Shown here: positions 49,587 to 58,912 of the stretch, in pieces
How positions within the stretch are numbered: position 1 is the stretch's first letter
How the letters are laid out: the number at the start of each line of letters is the position of its first letter
Origin: Thermofilaceae archaeon
GTDB lineage: Archaea > Thermoproteota > Thermoprotei > Thermofilales > Thermofilaceae
DNA: 64,000 bases
Assembly (NCBI GenBank): GCA_038861545.1
Contig: JAWCCZ010000001.1
Location: forward strand, 64,001-128,000
Reading direction: 5' to 3'
Notes under the pieces: model-generated
The model's database searches: none
Seen by the model: the letters and a program-made list of their open reading frames with translations, nothing else
Told to the model about the DNA's origin: nothing
Program-made: the position numbers and the translations under genes

Positions 49587-50609
49587 CTAAGTTATAAACG
49601 CTTCCGCTAACGTAATAGATCCAGAGGATTTCGGTTCAAAGCATAACCTGATGAAAGGGGATCCAACTTCGAGTGTCCAATAAATCGCTTTATTTGCCTG
49701 TACTTCAAACGAGTCGATGTTTCCCCATTCTCCCTTAAGCGTATACGCCTCGGCGCTTAGCCTTCCACAGGCGTCTGCCTTGAAGGCCAGCGTCACCCTA
49801 GAGCCGGCACACGGGATCGGGTGTGATGCAACGCTATCCTCGATCACTCCCTCCAGTGTTTTCTCGGATGCGTATCGGTAAAGCTTCATCGCTATAGATG
49901 GCCGAGGATCCCCTTCGAGCACGCGAATCTGCCAGGGATGAAGGTCGTCCCAAGCCCACTCTCGATCAATGGGCCCTCCATCGATGTCGAGGAGAATACC
50001 CATCGACTGGACCGGACGCATTGGGGTTATCCCACAGGAGTAAGGGGGGCCTTCATGCACTAGTACACCTTCGCCGGAGTCCATCAGAGCGCTAACCCCT
50101 CGAAGCTTATCGTCAATGAACCAGAGTGCGAGCGTGCTGTGCACTTTCACCGTATAAATATGCCTTCGCACGTGGTAATCTTCAGGTAAACAGGGGAGTT
50201 CAAAACTGAGAGGCGCGGGCCAGGCACCAGCGAACGATCTCAGTTTACCTTTATGGTATAGGAAGTGGACTACCCCGCCTCCAAACAAATCTTCAGCCTC
50301 AAACCCGAACCAAAGCATCGGGCTATCCTCTTTCCACGGAGGTAGCCTAGCTGATAGCTGAAATACCCCGTACTTAAACACTGAACGGGAGCGAAGTGAT
50401 AGGGTGGTTAAACCGGGAGGTCTAACAAGACTTGCATGTTCAAACTCCGTGTAAGTTCTCTCTTCCCATGATACTTTCCAGTATTTCCTTGGATCGTCAG
50501 GTCTAAACCGTTCACGCCCGTTCGCTAGGCTTTCTCTAACCCAACAGTAAAACAACTTACTCGAATCTTCCTCTAACGCGTACCCGAAGCGGATTGGTAA
50601 TTTTTCCAC
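49587..50609 (-). CDS. hypothetical protein, possible concanavalin/GH16-like beta-sandwich
   Basis: FKYGVFQLSARLP and HIYTVKV...WFIDD resemble GH16/LamG strands; no EIDIxE motif. Confidence 0.5.
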   Translation of the reverse strand: MEKLPIRFGYALEEDSSKLFYCWVRESLANGRERFRPDDPRKYWKVSWEERTYTEFEHASLVRPPGLTTLSLRSRSVFKYGVFQLSARLPPWKEDSPMLWFGFEAEDLFGGGVVHFLYHKGKLRSFAGAWPAPLSFELPCLPEDYHVRRHIYTVKVHSTLALWFIDDKLRGVSALMDSGEGVLVHEGPPYSCGITPMRPVQSMGILLDIDGGPIDREWAWDDLHPWQIRVLEGDPRPSIAMKLYRYASEKTLEGVIEDSVASHPIPCAGSRVTLAFKADACGRLSAEAYTLKGEWGNIDSFEVQANKAIYWTLEVGSPFIRLCFEPKSSGSITLAEAFIT

Positions 50610-50630
50610 AGCGGATTTACCAAAAGCTTG

Positions 50631-51797
50631 CTATTCTATTTTGCGCACTAACTGAGGCCACGGTGGACTTCTGGATTTAATCAACCTATCCAGAAGTTTA
50701 TCGTATTCGATGGGGTTTAGGGGGATGCGAACTGGCTTATGCTCAACCGCTGACATTATGATCGCGTTTACAAGTTCTACGGATTTCAACCCCTCTTCAC
50801 CGGGCACCTCCGGCTCACGCCCCTCTATAAGCGCTCGAGCGAAATCCCTGTACACGGCTTCATGGCCCATGAAAGATTCCTCTGCCTTTATTTCCTCGAT
50901 TGAGAAGACGAGCTTCGGTGCGCCGGGCTTTATAGATGCGTAGATAGCCTTTCTGATTGGCGGCTCGTTCCTATATGCATACACGCTCTGCAGGTTCATT
51001 AACCCTAGCTCACCAGGCTTAGGACTTGTTTCTACTAATAGCATACCTCTATCTCCTCTTATTTCCACGTTGAACATGTCTGGGTAATCCAGCGTGGAGA
51101 GCTGAAGCATTGCTTGGCACTCGTTCTCGTAAACCGCTACCGCGCTTATTAAATCTTCAACTTCAATGTCGTGTCCTACCGTACCCCCGTACGCAAAGAC
51201 TTCAAAAGGCATTCTACCCATTAGCCAGATAAAAATATCGATAAAGTGCACGCCTTGGTTTATCAGTACACCTCCCCCTTCGCTTACCCACTTTCCCCTC
51301 CATTGAGCGCTATAGAAGTAAGCCATATCCCTGTAAGTTACGTATCTCATATACCCCCTGTACAACTCGCCCAATGCTCCTGAAGCTATTAGGCTCTTAG
51401 CGCGTCGGAGCCTAGGCTCGAACCTGTACTGAAATACAACACCGAGCTTAACCCCTCGTTTTCGCGCTTCAGTAATCATGCTGAGGCACTGGCTTACTGT
51501 GGCGGCCATAGGCTTTTCAGTTAAAACATGGATCCCCCGTTTCAGTGCCTCGATAGCGACCTCATAGTGGGTTGGATGAGGGGTACAGATGGATATCACG
51601 TCGAGTTCCTCCCTGTCTAGTAACTCCTCGAAGCTTCTATAGGCACGCACACCGTAAAGGGAAGCGAGCTCCCTAGCTTTTTCCTCTACGGCATCTGCCA
51701 CGGCCACAAGCTGATACTCCCCCAGCTTACTAGCCACTTCTGCATGGTGCCGGCCAATGACTCCGGCTCCTATGATTCCCAGTTTGATTTTCTCCAT
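50631..51797 (-). CDS. Gfo/Idh/MocA family oxidoreductase
   Basis: GIIGAGVIG, CTPHPTH, HVLTEKPMA, GGGVLINQGVHFID. Confidence 0.93.
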   Translation of the reverse strand: MEKIKLGIIGAGVIGRHHAEVASKLGEYQLVAVADAVEEKARELASLYGVRAYRSFEELLDREELDVISICTPHPTHYEVAIEALKRGIHVLTEKPMAATVSQCLSMITEARKRGVKLGVVFQYRFEPRLRRAKSLIASGALGELYRGYMRYVTYRDMAYFYSAQWRGKWVSEGGGVLINQGVHFIDIFIWLMGRMPFEVFAYGGTVGHDIEVEDLISAVAVYENECQAMLQLSTLDYPDMFNVEIRGDRGMLLVETSPKPGELGLMNLQSVYAYRNEPPIRKAIYASIKPGAPKLVFSIEEIKAEESFMGHEAVYRDFARALIEGREPEVPGEEGLKSVELVNAIIMSAVEHKPVRIPLNPIEYDKLLDRLIKSRSPPWPQLVRKIE

Positions 51798-51839
51798 TGT
51801 CTCGGTTTATTGCTTAGCTCGTTAAAATGGTTTAAGGCG

Positions 51840-52139
51840 CATGCTTGCAGAATACCATGTAAGCTGGTGGGAGACCTTGGGAGTGCTAACAAGTTCTTAA
51901 AGAGCGCGTTAAGCCAGCCTGAGTAGCTAAAGGAAGCGGGCGGAAAGCCCTTAAGCTTGGCGATTTTCTATGTAGAAGATTACTACCAAAGCTATGTAAG
52001 TCTTTTCCCCGCCTAGGCTGGTTACGGCTATCCAAAACTGTAACCATTTCTTTGCGAGTAAAGCTAGAAGAGGTGAAAAGCTAACATAATAGTTAAAACA
52101 GCCGAAAGCCTCTGACACATTGAGCAGGGAGAATAGCAC
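51840..52139 (-). pseudogene. PAP2 family phosphatase, truncated and frameshifted remnant
   Basis: FWIAVTSLGGEKTY, then after a frameshift GWLNALFKNLLALPRSP (degenerate KxxxxxxRP); PSGH and later motifs missing. Confidence 0.6.
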
Positions 52140-52168
52140 ACGCTATGATGCTGGCTTCCCAATTAGGT

Positions 52169-52313
52169 AGGGCCAACGGCCTTTTGAACCACCGTCCTCG
52201 GGGTGGCTCCCTTGGGTTGCCTTTGAGTTATGAGCCCCGCGGGATACCTGGCTTCCCCACCCCGCTGCTCCGTGGTAGCGGGGGGTGGATTTCCCGGCCG
52301 CGGCCCTGTGAGG
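52169..52313 (-). ncRNA. unclassified GC-rich structured RNA candidate
   Basis: 65% GC over 52151-52320 (counted); ends pair (AGGGCCGCGGCC with GGCCGTTGGCCCT); two internal hairpins; BRE-TATA GAAAAGGTTATAT at 52349-52337. Confidence 0.6.
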
Positions 52314-52459
52314 CATACCAGTTTTTCTTAGAGGAAATATAACCTTTTCTCAGCCAGTGCTACTTAAGTGAATTTAGGGTAATCTTTCGCGTTATTTTGG
52401 ACTTTACTTATACCCATGACACATAAATACGGATGCTTAATACCATGGACAAGTTCAGC

Positions 52460-52666
52460 TTATGCGTTGCTGCCTAGTTGTCTAACAAGCCATTCCATGT
52501 AAACATCGAATACGTTGGCTAGGTATACTAAATCATTCTGCTCTAATTTTCTCATTATTCTCTTAATATTTCTTTCTTCAATTTTAGAAAATTTTGGATT
52601 TTTTCTTAAAACTTTAAGCATTGATTCTATTAACTCGTCTTTAACCCTAACATCTTCCTGTGCCAC
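52460..52666 (-). CDS. small hypothetical protein
   Basis: 68-aa charged helical ORF with an AT-rich promoter-like upstream region. Confidence 0.65.
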   Translation of the reverse strand: MAQEDVRVKDELIESMLKVLRKNPKFSKIEERNIKRIMRKLEQNDLVYLANVFDVYMEWLVRQLGSNA

Positions 52667-52810
52667 GGTAGCTTTTTGACTAGTTTTTAATTAAGGTATT
52701 TTCTTCAATGTTTTCCTGCTTTGGCATGTGCGCCACGCGCTGAGCTGCTCTCACTAAAGCTGCTGATCTAACCCGCTACATATTTCTAGTGGCGCTATCT
52801 TCCAATTCTT

Positions 52811-53129
52811 ATGGAGTTCTACGAGCTGATTAAACAAAGGAGAAGTATACGAACTTACAAGCCAGGCCCCGTTGAAGAAGATAAGCTGCTGAGGATTCTG
52901 AAAACGTACTGGAAAGTTGATGTCGCAATTGCGATGGAGCATATTGTGTTAGCCGCAGCAAACGAGGGTCTTAGAACCTGCTGGATTGGGCTTTTGACGA
53001 GAAAGTTGTGAAGGAGGTGCTGGGGATTCCGGAGCACATACGCATTATCACCGTTACGCCTCTTGGTTATCCGGCTGGGGAAGGGGGTCTTGTCTTTGAT
53101 TGGAAACATGAGAATCGCGATATGCAATG
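52811..53129 (+). pseudogene. nitroreductase, internally deleted and frameshifted
   Basis: IKQRRSIRTY fused directly to DVAIAMEHIVLAA..EGLRTCWIG (APS..N.QPW segment lost); frameshift to FDEKVVKEVLGIPE...PLGYP. Confidence 0.85.
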
Positions 53130-53974
53130 AAGTTATTAGATCACCTTGGACCCACGTCGTAGCTGTAATCTCCGAGTTAGGTTACGAAGGTGTAGAAATA
53201 GCTCCGTATACCTTAGCCAATGACATTAGAGAGCTGAATCAATCTGAAAGAAGGAGAATAAGGGAAGAGGCCGAAAGCCACGGCTTGAATATATGCGGTT
53301 TACATTGGCTGCTTGTTTCTCCACCGGGTTTACACTTAACTCACCCAGATTCGCGCGTCAGAGAACGAACCGTTGCATACCTAGGTGAACTAGCTAGGCT
53401 CTGCAACGAGCTAGGTGGGAACGTGATGGTGCTTGGTTCGCCGAAGCAGCGTAGCACCTTGCCGGGACAAGGTAGGAATGAGGCATGGATGCTACTTAGG
53501 GAAGGTCTACGCAAAGCTTCTAGGTTAGCTGAGGATCACGGTGTTGTAATTGCACTTGAACCGCTAGCGCGTAATCTTACTGATATAATTAATTCTGTGA
53601 GAGAGGCTCTGAAGATGCTCGAAGAAGTTGGTTCACCGGCTCTGAAGATCAACCTTGACGTCTACAGCATGACCGATGAAGAAAGACCTTACATCGATAT
53701 AATTGAAGATGCCGGTTCTCATCTAGTTCACTTCCACGCGAACGACACGAACGGCCTCGCCCCAGGGACGGGGTCAGCCAACTACCTGGAGATACTGCTA
53801 GCTCTCAAGACTGTAGGATACAAGGGTTGGCTATCAGTTGAAATATTAACCCCTATAGACGACCCAGTGAGCGTAGCTAAAGCCGGGCTCATTAATCTCC
53901 GGGAACATATGTTTTTAGCAAACACGTATAGGGGAGGTTGCGATCCTGATAACAGTTTTCGAACCTTTAGGTAA
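53108..53974 (+). CDS. sugar phosphate isomerase/epimerase (xylose-isomerase-like TIM barrel)
   Basis: MRIAICNE, GYEGVEIAP, VLGSPKQR, ALEPL, NLDVY, HFHAND, LSVE. Confidence 0.9.
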   Translation: MRIAICNEVIRSPWTHVVAVISELGYEGVEIAPYTLANDIRELNQSERRRIREEAESHGLNICGLHWLLVSPPGLHLTHPDSRVRERTVAYLGELARLCNELGGNVMVLGSPKQRSTLPGQGRNEAWMLLREGLRKASRLAEDHGVVIALEPLARNLTDIINSVREALKMLEEVGSPALKINLDVYSMTDEERPYIDIIEDAGSHLVHFHANDTNGLAPGTGSANYLEILLALKTVGYKGWLSVEILTPIDDPVSVAKAGLINLREHMFLANTYRGGCDPDNSFRTFR

Positions 53975-54480
53975 CGAAAAGATCAACCCTCTCTCGATCA
54001 TAACCAGCCTTGCGGCTGAGAGGCTGCGTTAACTAGGCTACTAGGCGCGCAGCTACGTTGTCAGTTTCATTTTCATTCAGGAGGGCTAGGCCCGAGCTGA
54101 TCCACCTGCTGGAGGAACTTAGACCAAAAGTGTGCGTAGCTCTCGGCTTGAACACTAGGTAAACTTACGTTAGGGTTAAAAGAGTAGCGATCAAATCAAG
54201 AATGCGTCGGAACCCGACAGCGACGGTGAGTAACCCCTCGATGAACAGATAGATCCTTGCAATTCCCGCTTACTTCATTATGTTGCCTACCCGGAGGATT
54301 CTGGAGAGATTAAGGCATGAAAGCATCTCTGCATCTTTCCCACACAGCGGGAACCTACCTTTATAATTTCGTAGTGCATGCCCTGCTACGGTAGCGGATC
54401 AAATGGATTACCCTGCTAAAGCGGGCTTCAACCACCTACCCTACATGCCAGAGCTACAAGTCAGGGCGTGCTCATAACTG
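53937..54480 (+). pseudogene. pcp: pyroglutamyl-peptidase I, heavily decayed
   Basis: ILITVFEPLGNEKINP, RPKVCVALGL, VKRVAI, PDSDG, AYF..LPTRRI, AGTYLYN, AGFNHLPY across several stops and frameshifts; absent from the ORF track. Confidence 0.85.
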
Positions 54481-54693
54481 TCAAAGAACCCTTAAGGAAC
54501 TTTAGTGGTTCGTTAAAATGTTTTGCCTCTCGAAAACTCGAAGCTAACCCTCATACCGTCAGAAAAAGATTGGTTGCTTAACCTGGGCTTTTTAAAATTA
54601 AATACCCTCATCCATTCTAGAAATCTAGTTATTCCACGTTTGACTGTACCCCAATACAGTATGTTAATGAGAACTCATTATTATAACGGCGAA

Positions 54694-55221
54694 TTAACCG
54701 CGTTTCAAGCATAATGAAATAAACTCTTCAAGAGCTTTCTCACACTCTTTCAGTTTTTTCTCCACTTCTTCGCTTGCTCGCATTTCAAGCCAATCAGAGT
54801 TATGTACATGCTCGTACCATCTATTTAAAGCTTCTAATATTTCTTCTAATTCTTCAGCTTCTTCTTGAGTTAAATTACCTTTATCAATATTTTCTTTTAT
54901 TTCACTAAGGAATTCGTTACACTCCTCAAGTATCTCTTTATACTCTCTTTCTTTTATTGATGCCAACGCATTACGAAGCTGAGAGGTGTCAACTTCGCTA
55001 AGGGGTTTCCCCTCCAATACTATTGCTGTACCCCATTTCCTAATTTCGTCAAGCACTACGCTAAGAGTCTCCCGGACTTCTTTCGTATCAGGTAGTACGC
55101 AGAGGGAAAGACGCGGGTACATACCTCCCAACCTTCTTAATCTCCTCCAACACCCGACTTTGATCTTAGATGGCTTCTCCGGGATTTCGTAGAGAACAAC
55201 CAGGAGTTTCCACTCTTTCAT
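54694..55221 (-). CDS. ChrB N-terminal-domain-like protein
   Basis: WKLLVVLYEIPEKPSKIKVGCWRRLRRLGG...LP and REYKEILEEC..F..EI; ATG 55221. Confidence 0.72.
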   Translation of the reverse strand: MKEWKLLVVLYEIPEKPSKIKVGCWRRLRRLGGMYPRLSLCVLPDTKEVRETLSVVLDEIRKWGTAIVLEGKPLSEVDTSQLRNALASIKEREYKEILEECNEFLSEIKENIDKGNLTQEEAEELEEILEALNRWYEHVHNSDWLEMRASEEVEKKLKECEKALEEFISLCLKRG

Positions 55222-55309
55222 GGCATATATCTTACGCTTCTTGCATAAGGGTTTGACGGTTGGAAAGAAAACCTTAAATAAAAACCTGTAACGAGCGTTA
55301 CAACCTCTC

Positions 55310-56020
55310 ATGAAGCTACTAACACCGCAGGTCTTTGAGGCTTTAAAGAGCGCATTGACAATCGAGGTGCTAACCGATCTAGGTGAACTGGCTAAAACTG
55401 CCTCAATCCTGGATCAACACTTCGATAGATTAAAACTGCTAGGGCTTCTCGAGGCTAGACCTCTCACTGTGAACTTTCAATGCAGTGAAAGAGAGGTCCG
55501 TATCGGATGTGGCGACGGCGTAATGAGCGATTCCGAGATTGAAGCTATGAGGGAATACGGAGAGATCGTGTGCAGGACGAAAGAGGAAGTGCTTGCAAGC
55601 GATTTGGAACTTATCTTCGTGAAGGGGCTGAGTTTCGTGGAGGAAGAGAAGGTGGGAGATCTGCCGCGTGGTGTGCTGCCTGTTAGCACCCTGATCGAGC
55701 TTTCCTACCTGCCTCGGAGCAATACAGTAATCTTTCCCTACAAATTCACGCGATTAAGACTGGATGAGCATAGGGAGCTTCACTTCGTTTTAACAAAGAG
55801 CTTTTTGAAGAAGAAGCTGAGAGCTGTTCACCCAGTCTATGGCACTGTATACGTAGGAAACATTGCAGGCGTAGAAGTGAACATTAAAGAGCTCGTACAC
55901 TCAGGCTATCCTCAACTCGGTGTTGTTGTCTCTCGAAGTAAGCTTGGGAATAAGCTCAGTATTATGCGCGTTCTGGGAGACGATGACTTACGTGAACTTC
56001 TTTCATCCTTAGGTGATTAG
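55310..56020 (+). CDS. hypothetical protein
   Basis: 236-aa ORF overlapping the start of the next gene; no family recognised. Confidence 0.7.
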   Translation: MKLLTPQVFEALKSALTIEVLTDLGELAKTASILDQHFDRLKLLGLLEARPLTVNFQCSEREVRIGCGDGVMSDSEIEAMREYGEIVCRTKEEVLASDLELIFVKGLSFVEEEKVGDLPRGVLPVSTLIELSYLPRSNTVIFPYKFTRLRLDEHRELHFVLTKSFLKKKLRAVHPVYGTVYVGNIAGVEVNIKELVHSGYPQLGVVVSRSKLGNKLSIMRVLGDDDLRELLSSLGD

Positions 56021-56963
56021 CGTGTCAGGGAGATTTCTAGCACTGGTAGATGTGGAGAGAATAATTGATTACGTTTTATCAAAGAGAGGTAACGATGGAG
56101 GATACCTATCTTTCCAGTACATGAATATGTTCGAGTCATCGGCCGAAGATACTTTCTATGCTCTCTCGATATTATCCGCGCTTGACATTGAACCGCCAGG
56201 CGCGGAGAATACCATTAATTTCCTGCAACACCTGCAAGATCCGGTGAAAGGGTATCGAAGCGTTGAAGTAGCCTATTACTCGGTATTAGCCTTAAGCACT
56301 CTTGGAGCCAAGCCTAGGGATCCTCAGGGCGCAGCCCGCCTCCTTGTCGAGGTTCTTGAAAAAATCCTTCGTGAGCAGAATGACCAGGCCTGGTTTGTTC
56401 TCGACGAGCAACTTCTCATTGATGAGAAAGGGGTCCTCCGTTCAAAAGATGCCACTTCCCTCCTTACGCCGGCGGATGTAACCCCACGGCTACACCGTTT
56501 ATCCATGATTGTGTGCTCGCTGAGCGCGCTCAATGAGTTTCTAAATGATCACGCTGATACCGTTGCGGAAGCGCTCCTTCAGCAGCGATGCGATGGTGGA
56601 GGCTTCGGCTATCCAGCACCACTGCTCGAGTCGACCTACTGGGCTATCAAAGGCTTGGAGGCTGTGGCTAGCTTAAAGCCTTTTCCCGAAACAATAAGAT
56701 GGGTTTTAATGTGTGAAAACGACGACGGGGGGTTTAGCACAACACCCCATTCAAGGAATTACTTCATCGAGAACATATACTACGGGCTCCAAACTCTCAG
56801 AACGCTAGGCTCGTTTCCAAGATATACAAGCAGCCACGTGAAGTACGTTTCTAGCCTTCAGAACGCGAACGGGGGATTCCGCCGCGCGCCTACACATGGT
56901 GCATCAAGCCTTGAATACACGTATTATGCCGTACATTCTATGAAACTCCTCAATCTTCTCTAG
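56013..56963 (+). CDS. prenyltransferase/squalene-oxidase repeat (alpha/alpha barrel) protein
   Basis: Repeated Q/N-x-DGG(F/Y)...E-x-(T/I)-(F/Y)-(Y/W)-(A/G) units, e.g. QNANGGF...LEYTYYA. Confidence 0.8.
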   Translation: MISVSGRFLALVDVERIIDYVLSKRGNDGGYLSFQYMNMFESSAEDTFYALSILSALDIEPPGAENTINFLQHLQDPVKGYRSVEVAYYSVLALSTLGAKPRDPQGAARLLVEVLEKILREQNDQAWFVLDEQLLIDEKGVLRSKDATSLLTPADVTPRLHRLSMIVCSLSALNEFLNDHADTVAEALLQQRCDGGGFGYPAPLLESTYWAIKGLEAVASLKPFPETIRWVLMCENDDGGFSTTPHSRNYFIENIYYGLQTLRTLGSFPRYTSSHVKYVSSLQNANGGFRRAPTHGASSLEYTYYAVHSMKLLNLL

Positions 56964-57352
56964 AGTTCCCCTTTAATACAAAGGGGACATTAACGAAACC
57001 TAAGGTGCCGTTACCTCTCACTTAAACGAGGTCATGAACGTATCTCCAATGTCGACTGCAGCAATCACCGAATACTCTCCTCGCATATCCTCCCATAAAA
57101 ACGGTGGTAACACAAATGCCGCTGAGGCTATGAAAGCCGCTGCAACGCTATGCTCCAGCTTTAATCTTTTGAGTCAAAGCGACGTCAGAGATCCTTTAGG
57201 AGCGAGAGCAAGGCTGCTAGTACCTGAGGGGATGATGCCATAGCGTCGCTTAGCATAGCTACTCGACTCTATTATGGAGGGAGATTTTTCGGTAATATCG
57301 TAGAGCATGTATGTTACTCTCAGTTACTTGGAGTCGTCTAGTAAGCCTTAAA

Positions 57353-57961
57353 TCAACTTCTCAATAGACTTATGACAATTTCTTCGATACCTGAACGGAT
57401 CATAGTGACAGCGAAAACGGCTATTAGAAAAGCTAGGATTCTAGCCAACGCAAGCAAGGTGTTTCGACCGGCTTTTTCTAGGATTAAGTTACTTTTCAAA
57501 AGTATCGCGTAAGCGATCCCGGTATTTAAAGCAATACTGACAAGAGTTGGTAAAAGGCCATACGTGGAGTTAAGATAGATAACAGTATATATGCTGCCTG
57601 GGCCGGCTAGAAGAGGAGTAGCCATAGGGACTACGGCAATTTCCTCGCTTCTAAGCTGTTCGGCCTCTATACGACCCAGGGTTTCTCCCAACGCGATTAG
57701 TAAAAGTAGTATGCCTCCAGCTATCTTGAAATCGGTGAAGGAGGAGCCGTACCAAGAGAAAACATGGTAACCAGCTACAGCAAAAACTGTTAAAAGTATA
57801 GATGCTACAATCACAGATTTTGTGAATGCTTTAGCTCTTTCCTCGCTGGACATTTTCCCAGTAATACTGTAGAATAAGGGGATATTTCCCACTGAGTCAA
57901 GCACTACAAATAACATCGCAAAGGAATACCAGAAATCTTCTAGCGTTGAAAACATATACAA
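57353..57961 (-). CDS. marC: MarC family membrane protein
   Basis: LDSVGNIPLF, FKIAGGILL, VPMATPLLAGPGSI. Confidence 0.93.
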   Translation of the reverse strand: MYMFSTLEDFWYSFAMLFVVLDSVGNIPLFYSITGKMSSEERAKAFTKSVIVASILLTVFAVAGYHVFSWYGSSFTDFKIAGGILLLLIALGETLGRIEAEQLRSEEIAVVPMATPLLAGPGSIYTVIYLNSTYGLLPTLVSIALNTGIAYAILLKSNLILEKAGRNTLLALARILAFLIAVFAVTMIRSGIEEIVISLLRS

Positions 57962-58295
57962 GCCAGTTCGTTGTTCTCTGTTTTAAATTTTCTCTAATTA
58001 CGCTATACAAAACGTAGTATAGTATGAAGTATTTTACTGTGTGATATTATAATTGCAGCTTGGGTTTTTAGGTGTAAGGGTCATTGCAGTTAAAAGCGTT
58101 TCTTGGTTTTAAAGGCTTCTCCGAGTAAGCAGAAGAAAGAGGGTCTTTAAGAAGCCATGGTAGCCTCTACCATTTGATTTTACACGTTAATGAGATCAAT
58201 CTTTTCTCCTTTTTCGGTATCATTACCTTAAAGCGAGTACATTTCATCTATGGAATATTAGTTATTTTTAAAAGGCATGTCTTGCTATTTAACAA

Positions 58296-58904
58296 GTGGA
58301 GAGAAACCCCGCGAAACAGGTGGGTCGAGGCGTAATTTCACTTGTAGCATGGATTTTAGTTTACATAGTGACTTCAGCAATAATTTTTACAACAATCCCG
58401 GCTTTTATCCCACAAGTTGGCGCGGCTATCTCAGAATACTCAATGTACATGGGAGTTGGTTTAGCCCTGCTCTTCGGTTACATGATCGTGAAATCTATTG
58501 CCTCCATAACTTACTGGTCTCTGAGGATAAAATACCCGCACAGCACGGCAGCAGCTGTTAGAAGTTTGATCCAAGTACTCGGCATTGGCGCGCTCGCTGC
58601 TAGTATTGCCGGGGGGACCGCAGGCGGTGCGGCAGGCGTAGCTTTAGGTGGTTTCATGGGAATGGTCGTCGGTTTTGCAACTCAGCAGGTTCTTAACCAG
58701 GCCATCGCGGGATTGTTTGTGCTGCTGGTTAGGCCCATTAAAATCGGTGAGAGGGTAACTGTAGCTGGAGAAACCGGTATTGTTGAAGATATAGCAACAT
58801 TGTTTACTACCCTTAGAAAGGAGGACGGAACCCTTGCCCTAGTACCTAACAACATGCTGCTAGGTTCTAAGGTGTACGTACACGAACAAGTGCCACGAAC
58901 GTAG
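58296..58904 (+). CDS. mscS: small-conductance mechanosensitive channel family protein
   Basis: 3 TM, GFATQQVLNQAIAG, RPIKIGERV, VPN. Confidence 0.9.
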   Translation: MERNPAKQVGRGVISLVAWILVYIVTSAIIFTTIPAFIPQVGAAISEYSMYMGVGLALLFGYMIVKSIASITYWSLRIKYPHSTAAAVRSLIQVLGIGALAASIAGGTAGGAAGVALGGFMGMVVGFATQQVLNQAIAGLFVLLVRPIKIGERVTVAGETGIVEDIATLFTTLRKEDGTLALVPNNMLLGSKVYVHEQVPRT

Positions 58905-58912
58905 AGTGATGC

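Noticed and set aside
52151-52320. Cobalamin riboswitch, HDV-like ribozyme, RNase P, SRP or 5S identity for the GC-rich element
   Set aside because: Only fragments match (GGGAAG, TCCTCG, GGAGCAGC); the required cores (B12 box context, P1.1 GG, P4 pairing, helix 8 tetraloop, CCGAAC) are absent
52145-52342. 65-aa G/P/R-rich ORF
   Set aside because: By-product of the GC-rich structured element
57020-57300. ORF 57034-57243 (+) or an AEC-transporter remnant on the minus strand
   Set aside because: The plus ORF has no recognisable features; the minus-strand hydrophobic fragments are too degraded to call
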